Source: Syntrophorhabdales bacterium
GTDB lineage: Bacteria; Desulfobacterota; Syntrophorhabdia; Syntrophorhabdales; WCHB1-27
DNA: 64,000 nt
Direction of reading: 5' to 3'
NCBI GenBank assembly: GCA_035315185.1
Contig: DATFYE010000203.1
Coordinates: 26,101 to 90,100, forward strand
The position numbers and the translations under genes were made by a program. The notes beneath the pieces are model-generated. The model saw nothing but the letters and a program-made list of their open reading frames with translations. It was not told the DNA's origin and did no database searches. Shown in pieces: positions 47,292 through 55,515 of the stretch (position 1 is the stretch's first letter; each line of letters starts with the position of its first letter).

Positions 47292-49843
47292 CAGGGAGCC
47301 TCTCCGTCGTTTGTTAAATTGAGTCTCTTTTTAAGATCTCGGATGTACCACTGGGCAATTGAGTCATCGGAAAGCGCCATATCGAGCTGTTTGGTCATCA
47401 TGCTGATCCGCCCCAGTTGCCGCAACCGCGTGAGGAGAATCGGGGCCGCTCCGTACGTGATCATGGCCTCCAGGAAGTCCCCCTTACTGGAGTTCTCGAA
47501 ACCCATCTGGGTCAGGAGCGCCGTGATTACCTTGATCCTTCGCAACCTCCTGTCGAGCGGTGCGCCTCCCGCCTTGTATTGCACGCGGATATAGTTCTTG
47601 CTTTCGGTCTCCGTGCAAAGCGCCTCGATGGTGGTAAAGTGGTAACCCATGCGAAGGCTGAGGAGCATATACTGCTTGCTTAATACGGCGTAGCTGTTTT
47701 CTGAAAACTCCGGCTTGGCTCCTTGCAGCATATTATTGGCCATGACGGTCATGAAGCCTTTCACATCCGCAGGAGGTGTTCTCGGCCAGCCTTCTTGTTT
47801 GATGCCCTCCCATAAGGCCTTCATCGGTTCGGACGCGATTTCCGAATCCTCCAGAAAGCGCGCGCCCTTGTGGTCCGGAGGCGGCTCGTCGAGACGCACA
47901 ATATCCACGGTCAATGGGATAGTACCGGTCTTCAGGCGTAAGCCCATCTGATCTTTGTGTTCGAGGTCGCGAGCCCCGCTGAACATCTCCTCCATTGCTT
48001 TCTGATGGGCGAAACGGGTCAGATCATGAAAGGTATGGCAACTTTCTACGCTGAACCCCGGGTCTGCCGGATTAAGCAGATTAAGCGGAGAGACACGCTG
48101 CAGGATTGATCCAAGCAGCATCATTATTTCCGTATCGGCCAACAATTCGAATTCCGGTTGGCGTGCCGCAATCAGGTCTTCGTGTAATCCGCTATAGATA
48201 ATAGCCTCAGTCGCATCAACGGTCACCAGCGTTCCCGAAGGCAAGTCTCCCGCCGCTTCCACTCCCGCCAGAGTGGGTACCCGGTATTCACGCGCTATGG
48301 TGGCCATATGACTGGCAGCACTGCCCACCTGGGTCACGAGAGCCTTAATCCGCCCCAACGCCGTAATGAGACCAGGGAAGGCATGGGGGGTCATCAGCAC
48401 CGCACCTTCGGGAACCAGAGCGAGATCCCTGGTAGAGGAGACATGGTAGACAGGCCCCCCACCGGCGCCGGGACAGACCGTGGTGCCGCCAGATACGAGA
48501 ACCTGCAGCCTGGATGTGTCGACGGAAGAAGATTTAGGCGCGGACTTGATGCCCAAGGTGCGCAAAGGCCGGGCCTGGAGCACGAACGGTCGGCCTTCCC
48601 TGTCGATCGCCCACTCAATATCTCCCGGGCAGCCACAATTTGCTTCGATTCTCAGCGCGAGCCTCGTGAGTGCATCGATGTCGATCTCTCGCAGCGAGGG
48701 CTTGGCCTGCTCGTCTACCGGCACGGGTTCTTCGATCAGACCCACGCCCTTCGCAGGTACGAGCCTCTTAACCTTTAGGGATGGTTTTGCGTCAAGGATG
48801 AAACCATCATTGCGGCGCACGCGGAAAAGATCGGGAGTCAGCGTTCCGTCCACGACATATGGTCCCAGCCCCCATATTGAATGAATAATGAGGGAGTCGG
48901 CTGAGCCCGAGATTGGATCCTGTGTGTAGATGACGCCGCTGGAGGATGCGTCTACCATCACCATGCAACCAACACTCATAGGCAGATCCGATTCTTTCAG
49001 ACCGTGACTCAAAAAGTAGTAGATAGCCTTCGGGCTGAATTTGCTCGCGAGTATCTCGCGATAATGGTCGAGCACTTTGTCCGCGCTTAAGTTCAAAAAG
49101 GTTGCATACTGGCCCGCGAAGCTGAAATGAGTGTCTTCACCTACTGCGCTCGAGCGCAGGGCGAACCGTTCGGCTCCGGTGCGCTTTGCCAGTTTCCCAA
49201 GTTCGGTCGTGATTGCCTCGGCTAGATCGTTGGGAACAGCACTTTCCCGAACCAGGGACTGAATCTCTTTGCTCACTTCCTCAAGCTCATCTAGGCTCTT
49301 CAAGTCGAACGACCGGAGGCGCTCAGTGATGCGATCCTGAAGCCTATTCGTCTCCATGTAGTGGAAGTACGCCCAGGCGCTGATGGCAAATCCATCGGGA
49401 ACCGGGAGCCCCATGCTTCTTAACTCACCGAGGCGCGTATTCTTACCGCCGACACTGGATGCTCTCCCACATCCAGCCTGATCCAAGGGTATTGTGAAGT
49501 GGTCGGGTACGACGGGCCGTTTCCCTGGCAGAAGCTCTTCAACCAGCCCATCGAGAAGAGCGAAACGATCCCGGAGAGGCACATAGGAAGGTCCTCCGAG
49601 GGCAATCATGTTCTCGACAATATCGGATACCCCGGCACGCATTTCTCCAACACGCGTCAGGACATAATTGAGATCAAAAAGATACTCGCCCTGTGTTTTC
49701 TCTTCCATATCGCTGATGATTTTGAGAACCTGATTGTTTTTTTCGAGGAGGGCTAAAAAATGATCAAACTTTTGCAGAAGAACTCTAAAGGCAGGCTGGG
49801 TCTCCTTTTCCCTGCCCCGGAATACTGACTGAAGCCATCTCAT
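47291..49843 (-). CDS. dikinase-core protein with family-specific C-terminal domain (P5)
   Basis: 850 aa. Motifs present: VGGKNTRLGEL, PDGFAISAWAY, LRSSAVGEDTHFSFAGQ, DIEWAIDREGRPFVLQARP, SAASHMATIAREY, and C-terminal ALWEG, NYIRVQYKAGGAPLDRRLRR, KQLDM. Confidence 0.8.
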   Translation of the reverse strand: MRWLQSVFRGREKETQPAFRVLLQKFDHFLALLEKNNQVLKIISDMEEKTQGEYLFDLNYVLTRVGEMRAGVSDIVENMIALGGPSYVPLRDRFALLDGLVEELLPGKRPVVPDHFTIPLDQAGCGRASSVGGKNTRLGELRSMGLPVPDGFAISAWAYFHYMETNRLQDRITERLRSFDLKSLDELEEVSKEIQSLVRESAVPNDLAEAITTELGKLAKRTGAERFALRSSAVGEDTHFSFAGQYATFLNLSADKVLDHYREILASKFSPKAIYYFLSHGLKESDLPMSVGCMVMVDASSSGVIYTQDPISGSADSLIIHSIWGLGPYVVDGTLTPDLFRVRRNDGFILDAKPSLKVKRLVPAKGVGLIEEPVPVDEQAKPSLREIDIDALTRLALRIEANCGCPGDIEWAIDREGRPFVLQARPLRTLGIKSAPKSSSVDTSRLQVLVSGGTTVCPGAGGGPVYHVSSTRDLALVPEGAVLMTPHAFPGLITALGRIKALVTQVGSAASHMATIAREYRVPTLAGVEAAGDLPSGTLVTVDATEAIIYSGLHEDLIAARQPEFELLADTEIMMLLGSILQRVSPLNLLNPADPGFSVESCHTFHDLTRFAHQKAMEEMFSGARDLEHKDQMGLRLKTGTIPLTVDIVRLDEPPPDHKGARFLEDSEIASEPMKALWEGIKQEGWPRTPPADVKGFMTVMANNMLQGAKPEFSENSYAVLSKQYMLLSLRMGYHFTTIEALCTETESKNYIRVQYKAGGAPLDRRLRRIKVITALLTQMGFENSSKGDFLEAMITYGAAPILLTRLRQLGRISMMTKQLDMALSDDSIAQWYIRDLKKRLNLTNDGEAP

Positions 49844-50008
49844 CGGCTTGTACCCCTTTTCTGCGGGGCGATTATGCTCCGCTGAATCCTGGCTTCGGCC
49901 TCAAACTAACGCTGTTCTTAGAAAGGGCCGACGAAGTCTTTGTCGCTTTTCCGGCACAGCCGCATCACGTTACTATACAACAGACCGCGGACAAGATCAC
50001 TTAAGAAT

Positions 50009-50070
50009 AACTTATTGATATCATAACAATTAATTATTTGACTTATGTTTGTCTGACTATATAATCGTAC
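50009..50070 (+). promoter_or_regulatory. conserved promoter/operator block, copy C
   Basis: AACTTATTGATATCATAACAATTAATTATTTGACT, then 16 nt, then TATAATCGTACCA. Confidence 0.55.
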
Positions 50071-50178
50071 CAAATTATGACATACCGTTGATGCTTGTTG
50101 CAAACAATTCTGCAAGCCGCGTTAATCAGCGGCTTCGTCGCTGGCGGGATACATATCTCAACGGAGAAGGGGGGAGCA

Positions 50179-51015
50179 ATGACCATAATAACGATTTCCA
50201 GGTTTACGATGAGCGGCGGCGAAAAGCTCGCCAAATGTCTTTCAGAGAGACTGGGTATTCCGTCCGTGAGCCGGGAAGTAATTACCCAGGTGGCGGATCA
50301 GTTCGGGATATCTGAGGCTGTTCTCGTAGAACAGCTGGAAAAGACGAAACGCGGACCATCGCCTGAACGCCGCCTTTACTTGGCATCGCTCCAGCTGGCG
50401 CTCGCCGAGAGGGCCCAGCAAGGGCCTTTTGTTTACCACGGGCTTGCCGGTCATTTTCTGTTGCGAGGCATTCCTCAGATCCTGAAGATTGGTATTGTTG
50501 CTCCGCTTAAATTGCGGGCTCAGAAATTGATGGAAGAGAAAAACATTAGCCCCGAAGAGGCGATTCGTTCTATTCAGCGGTGGGATGAAAGGCGTGCCAA
50601 TTGGGTTCGCTTTCTTTACGATGTGGATTGGCTGGACCCCTCGCTCTATGACCTCGTGATTAATATTGCCAGTGTCAGTGTAGACAGCGCCTGTGAGATC
50701 GTCATCTCCGCATTGAACCAGCAGGAGTTTAGGGAGGTTCCGGAAAAGCAGAGAATGATCGATGACTTTGTTCTGGCCAGCCGGGTCAAGGTGCAGCTGG
50801 CTACTCATGAGAGGACCAGGAGCTGGTTGGAACTGGAAGTGGAGGCTGAACAGCAGGTGGTGAAAATCACCGGCCGGGCATTAATGGGAGGAGGTATCTT
50901 CTACTGGCGTGGTGAAGACCGCGTCCGGGACGAACTCATTGAGGTGGTCAAGAGCGTACCAGGAGTAAAGAAAGTAATAATTGCCCTGGAAGGAGAGGCT
51001 GTTCCTGTCGAGTAG
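50179..51015 (+). CDS. cytidylate-kinase-like family protein with C-terminal BON-like domain, paralogue 2
   Basis: 278 aa. The first 33 nt of the CDS are identical to 18411-18443, and the protein is collinear with paralogue 1 throughout. Confidence 0.7.
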   Translation: MTIITISRFTMSGGEKLAKCLSERLGIPSVSREVITQVADQFGISEAVLVEQLEKTKRGPSPERRLYLASLQLALAERAQQGPFVYHGLAGHFLLRGIPQILKIGIVAPLKLRAQKLMEEKNISPEEAIRSIQRWDERRANWVRFLYDVDWLDPSLYDLVINIASVSVDSACEIVISALNQQEFREVPEKQRMIDDFVLASRVKVQLATHERTRSWLELEVEAEQQVVKITGRALMGGGIFYWRGEDRVRDELIEVVKSVPGVKKVIIALEGEAVPVE

Positions 51016-51113
51016 CAACAACTTGATTTCATTCCTCCCTTTCCCTGTCGTATGAATCGCATCATGCTCCCGGGCGGCCAAACCCGCAGAATCAGGGGTT
51101 CAGCATTAAGAGG

Positions 51114-51178
51114 AACTTATAGATATCATAAAAATTAATGAATTGACTTATAGGAGGGGCGAAATTATATAATCGTTC
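51114..51178 (+). promoter_or_regulatory. conserved promoter/operator block, copy D (upstream of sat)
   Basis: AACTTATAGATATCATAAAAATTAATGAATTGACT, then 19 nt, then TATAATCGTTCCA. It is followed by a leader of about 170 nt before sat. Confidence 0.55.
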
Positions 51179-51345
51179 CAGTTGTCATACAATCCTCAAA
51201 TGAGCAGGGATAAATCCATTTTGTCTGAGTTACGTGCGCGTTGTTCGGGAGCTTTGGTAGCGGTACTTACTTCATTCACGGATGGCACGGTTACACTTTT
51301 TGAACCAGCAGTGACACCTTAAACGCATGAGAAAGGAGAGAAATT

Positions 51346-52602
51346 ATGAGTGAGATTGGGCACGGTGGCAAGCAGATCGTAGAGCGCATTCTCGATCCCC
51401 AAACAGCTAAGGAAAAGATCAAGAACCTCAAGAAAGTTCCGGTGCGCGAGCAGATGGCTGTTGAGGTCATTGACCTCGCGTATGGGTTCTTTTCCCCACT
51501 CCAGGGGTTCCTCGGCAAGGCGGATGTAGAGAGCGTGTGCAAGAAGATGCGTCTCAAGGACGGGACAGTCTGGTCAATCCCTATTGTCTTCGATATCTCG
51601 GACAAGGAGATAGCCGATTACGGGGTAAAAGAAGGAGAATCAATCCTTCTGACTTACAAGGACAGCCCTGTGGCCGTCTTCGATGTAGAAGAGATCTACA
51701 GTTACAACAAGCAGGAGATGGCGAAGGATGTATATGGCACGAACGACGAAAAACATCCGGGAGTGAAGCTTACGAACAATTTTAAGGACAAGTTCCTCGG
51801 CGGGAAGATCACCATGGTCAGTAAACCGATTATCAACCCTCCCTTTACGGAATTCCTGCTCACGCCTCTCGAGATGCGAAAAAAGATCAAAGAGAAAGGA
51901 TGGGTCCGGAGCGTTGCTCACCAGACAAGAAATGTGCCCCACACAGGGCATGAATGGCTGATGAAGGGGTCATGGCTGTCAGCATATGGAGAATTACCTG
52001 TCGAGAAAATGATCGTGGGCGTCATTGTAAACGCGATCATCGGGGAGAAACGTCCCGGTGACTATATCGACGAGGCTATTGTTCTCTGCCATGACGTTTT
52101 GAGAAAGGCGGGGTACTTCCGGGAAGATGTGCACCTCACCTCCATCTCCCTGTGGGATATGCGCTATGCCGGCCCTCGCGAAGCAGTTTTCCATGCTGCT
52201 CTGCGGGCTAACCTGGGTATCACCCATCACATGTTTGGTCGGGATCATGCCGGGGTGGGAACCTACTATGATCCGTACGATGCCCACCGTATCTTTGACC
52301 AGTTTTCCGAAAAGGATCTGAACATCAAACCGGTTCGTGTTTTGGAGTGGTGGTACTGCCCGATATGTGCCGAGGTGACCTACATGGGCCTATGCAACCA
52401 CAAAGACAAGATCCAGAATTTCAGCGGGACCCTCATTCGCAGCATCATTCAGGACGGCGTGAAACCTCCAAGGCTGATCTTCCGGCCCGAGGTTTTTGAT
52501 CTCATCGAGGAATGCGCCCAGAAGTACGGGATGGGCTCGGCGTACGTCACTAAAGAGTACATCGCCAATAGGAATCCTGTTTTCACATTTCCCAAGCTTT
52601 GA
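51346..52602 (+). CDS. sat: sulfate adenylyltransferase (ATP sulfurylase)
   Basis: 418 aa. HQTRNVPHTGHEWL (Q.RN..H..H motif) and GRDHAGVG are present. AAGGAG Shine-Dalgarno. Confidence 0.9.
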   Translation: MSEIGHGGKQIVERILDPQTAKEKIKNLKKVPVREQMAVEVIDLAYGFFSPLQGFLGKADVESVCKKMRLKDGTVWSIPIVFDISDKEIADYGVKEGESILLTYKDSPVAVFDVEEIYSYNKQEMAKDVYGTNDEKHPGVKLTNNFKDKFLGGKITMVSKPIINPPFTEFLLTPLEMRKKIKEKGWVRSVAHQTRNVPHTGHEWLMKGSWLSAYGELPVEKMIVGVIVNAIIGEKRPGDYIDEAIVLCHDVLRKAGYFREDVHLTSISLWDMRYAGPREAVFHAALRANLGITHHMFGRDHAGVGTYYDPYDAHRIFDQFSEKDLNIKPVRVLEWWYCPICAEVTYMGLCNHKDKIQNFSGTLIRSIIQDGVKPPRLIFRPEVFDLIEECAQKYGMGSAYVTKEYIANRNPVFTFPKL

Positions 52603-52627
52603 TTTAACGCCTGAGAGGAGGAAAAAA

Positions 52628-52921
52628 ATGGCTGACACATTTCCAATCAATGTATGGATCAATGAAGAGCGCTACGAGAAACTGCGGGCTGCCGGTTTGG
52701 GCCAAATGGCTCAGGAAATGTTAGCGGGGCTGAAGGTCCTACGGGTCCCGACCAATGAGCAACAACGGGACGAAATTTTGAAGAAATACCCAATGGCAAA
52801 GTACGACAGTGCTACTACCAAGAGTATCGAACTCTTGCCGAGGGATGTAAAGGACAAGATCTTTGACCTGATCATCCAGAAGAAGAGTGTAGATGTGATG
52901 GGGGAATTTCTCAAGGCATAA
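52628..52921 (+). CDS. small soluble protein of unknown function between sat and aprB
   Basis: 97 aa from the ATG at 52628 after GAGAGGAGG. Hydrophilic, no motif recognised. Confidence 0.5.
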   Translation: MADTFPINVWINEERYEKLRAAGLGQMAQEMLAGLKVLRVPTNEQQRDEILKKYPMAKYDSATTKSIELLPRDVKDKIFDLIIQKKSVDVMGEFLKA

Positions 52922-53044
52922 AAAGCACTGAACCATGGAGCGAAGCGGGTGGATATCCTAGAAGGAGGTGAAGCCACGAATCAAAGAGCGCGGAAGGCGT
53001 TGAAAGCGTTATTTCAATCTAACAATTTTTATAGGAGGTAGACA

Positions 53045-53488
53045 ATGCCAAGCTATGTGATTATGGAGAAATGTGACGGATGTAAGGGGCAGGACAAGAC
53101 AGCCTGTCAGTACATCTGCCCCAATGACCTGATGGTCCTGAACAAGGACACCATGAAGGCTTACAATCGGGCGCCGGAGATGTGCTGGGAATGTTACAGT
53201 TGCATAAAGATTTGTCCGCAGCAGGCGATGGACGTCCGGGGCTATGCTGACTTCATTCCCATGGGAGCCTCGGCCGTGCCCCTGAGAAGCTCTGATTCCA
53301 TCATGTGGACAGTAAAGTTCCGCAACGGGACACTCAAACGGTTCAAGTTCCCCATCAGGACCACGCCCGAAGGTTCGGCAAAGCCTGACGGAGGTTGGGA
53401 GACCGGCTCGGATGATCTCAAGAGCCACATTCTGTTTTCAGAACCCGGCTCTTTGGGGGTAGAGGTACCGACTCTTAAGAAAAAATAA
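53045..53488 (+). CDS. aprB: adenylylsulfate reductase beta subunit
   Basis: 147 aa. The N-terminus is MPSYV....CDGCK.....ACQYICPNDLM, with a second cluster CWECYSC.K.CPQ.A and a C-terminal tail typical of AprB. Confidence 0.92.
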   Translation: MPSYVIMEKCDGCKGQDKTACQYICPNDLMVLNKDTMKAYNRAPEMCWECYSCIKICPQQAMDVRGYADFIPMGASAVPLRSSDSIMWTVKFRNGTLKRFKFPIRTTPEGSAKPDGGWETGSDDLKSHILFSEPGSLGVEVPTLKKK

Positions 53489-53514
53489 ATAATGATGTTA
53501 AGGAGGGAATTTTT

Positions 53515-55398
53515 ATGCAGCCTTTTGAAACTGTTGAGGTAACAACCGATCTTTTGATCTGTGGCGGCGGCATGGCGGCCTGCGGGGCAGCCGTAGAGGC
53601 GGCTTACTGGGCTAAGAAGAAGGGTCTGAAAGTGACGCTGGTGGACAAGGCCGCCCTGGATCGAAGCGGCGCGGTGGCTATGGGATTGTCGGCCTTGAAC
53701 CAGTATGTAGGGATTGCCGAGGGCGATAACACCGCAGAACAGTACGTGGACTATGTCAGACAGGACCTCATGGGGATCACCCGGGAGGATCTGGTGTACG
53801 ACATTGCGCGACACGTGGATTCCACGGTCCACCTGTTTGAGAAGTGGGGACTCCCCATCTGGAAGGACGCGAATGGCAAGTATGTGCACGAAGGCCGGTG
53901 GCAGCTCATGATCAACGGTGAATCCTATAAGATCGTAGTCGCGGAAGCTGCCAAGAATGCCTTGGGCATGGAGAATATTTATGAGAGGGTTTTCATCGTG
54001 GAACCTTTGATGGATGGTGATCGGGTCGCTGGCGCTGTTGGCTTCAGTACTCGAGAGAATAAATTTTACGTATTCAAGGCCAAGGCCGTGCTGGCGGCCA
54101 TGGGGGGCGCGGTTCATGTTTTCCGCCCCCGGTCGGTCGGCGAAGGCCAGGGTCGGTCCTGGTACCCGCCCTTCAACTCCGGTTCGAGCGCGTACTTCAC
54201 CATCAAGGCTGGCGCAGAGATGACCTGTCAGGAAGTACGTTTCATCCCCGTCAGATTCAAGGATGCCTACGGGCCGGTAGGTGCTTGGTTCCTCCTCTTC
54301 AAATCCAGGGCGACCAACGCCCTCGGTGAGGATTACATGGTGACCCACACGGACGAACTCCAGAAGTGGGCCCCCTACGGTCTGGGGAAGCCCATCCCGG
54401 CCAACCTGAGAAACTGGCTGGGGATGATGGACCTCTCGGCCGGGAAAGGCCCCATCTACATGAGGACGGAAGAAGCTATCGGGAAGATCGTTGCCGCTGC
54501 CGGCGACGAGAAGGCCGCTAAGAAGAAACTCAAGGAAGTTGAATCAGAGGCGTGGGAAGACTTCCTGGATATGACGATCTCCCAGGCCATCCTGTGGGCG
54601 GCCCAGAACATTCAGCCCGAAGAGACGGATTCGGAGATTATGCCGTGCGAGCCTTACTTCATCGGGTCCCACTCCGGTGCTTCCGGCGCCTGGGTCAGTG
54701 GTCCTCCGGATGTGGCGCCCCCCGAATATTTCTGGGGATATAACCGCATGTGCACAACTAAGGGCTTGTTTGCCGCAGGTGATGGCTCCGGGGCATCCAG
54801 TCACAAGTTCTCCGACGGCTCTCATGCAGAGGGAAGGATCGCCGCCAAGGGCGCCTTAGCGTATGTGGTCGACAACCCGGCACAGCCCAACGTAGACCCC
54901 AAAGCTGTCGAAGCCTTGAAGGAGCGGATCTTGCTACCCCTTGGCCTTTTTGATCAGTACAATAAAATCTCCGACAACCCGGATGTTAACCCCAACTACA
55001 TCAAGCCGAAGAGCTTCATGCTCCGGCTCCAGAAGGTCATGGATGAGTACTCCGGGGGTGTGACAGCCAACTTCACTACGAGCAAGAAGTATCTGGAAAA
55101 GGGTCTTACGCTCCTGGCCTTCCTGAAGGAAGACGCGGAGAAGTTAGCCGCCGCTGATCTGAATGAACTCATGCGGTGCTGGGAAAATGTGCAGAGGATG
55201 TGGCAGGCAGAGGCCCACGTGCGGTCGATCATGTTCCGCGAGGAGACCAGATGGCCCGGCTACTATTTCCGGTCTGACTTCCCCACCATGGATGAAAAAA
55301 ATTGGCGGGTCTTTGTAAACTGCAGGTGGGATGCGAAGACAGACAAATGGGAGATGATGAAGAAGCCCGTTCTCAACTTCATTTCGGCCAATAAATAG
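53515..55398 (+). CDS. aprA: adenylylsulfate reductase alpha subunit
   Basis: 627 aa. FAD-binding DLLICGGGMAACGAA is present, the rest is flavoprotein-like, and the gene is adjacent to aprB. Confidence 0.92.
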   Translation: MQPFETVEVTTDLLICGGGMAACGAAVEAAYWAKKKGLKVTLVDKAALDRSGAVAMGLSALNQYVGIAEGDNTAEQYVDYVRQDLMGITREDLVYDIARHVDSTVHLFEKWGLPIWKDANGKYVHEGRWQLMINGESYKIVVAEAAKNALGMENIYERVFIVEPLMDGDRVAGAVGFSTRENKFYVFKAKAVLAAMGGAVHVFRPRSVGEGQGRSWYPPFNSGSSAYFTIKAGAEMTCQEVRFIPVRFKDAYGPVGAWFLLFKSRATNALGEDYMVTHTDELQKWAPYGLGKPIPANLRNWLGMMDLSAGKGPIYMRTEEAIGKIVAAAGDEKAAKKKLKEVESEAWEDFLDMTISQAILWAAQNIQPEETDSEIMPCEPYFIGSHSGASGAWVSGPPDVAPPEYFWGYNRMCTTKGLFAAGDGSGASSHKFSDGSHAEGRIAAKGALAYVVDNPAQPNVDPKAVEALKERILLPLGLFDQYNKISDNPDVNPNYIKPKSFMLRLQKVMDEYSGGVTANFTTSKKYLEKGLTLLAFLKEDAEKLAAADLNELMRCWENVQRMWQAEAHVRSIMFREETRWPGYYFRSDFPTMDEKNWRVFVNCRWDAKTDKWEMMKKPVLNFISANK

Positions 55399-55426
55399 GG
55401 ACGGGGCAAACGTATTTGGTAGACGC

Positions 55427-55462
55427 ACAGGCTCCGGGCATGATGCCTGGAGCCTGTTTTTA
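55427..55462 (+). terminator. rho-independent terminator/attenuator between aprA and qmoA
   Basis: ACAGGCTCCGGGCA-TGA-TGCCTGGAGCCTGT forms a 14-bp stem with one G-U pair, followed by TTTTT. Confidence 0.65.
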
Positions 55463-55515
55463 AGATGTTGCAGCGCTCTGCCATGCTTTAATAATGTCGC
55501 GTAAGGGAGAGTCGA

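Noticed and set aside
53242-54348. 368-aa ORF on the minus strand. The ORFs at 55144-55941 and 57488-58345 are similar cases.
   Set aside because: They are antisense to aprB/aprA, qmoA and qmoB, which are unambiguous. These are shadow ORFs.
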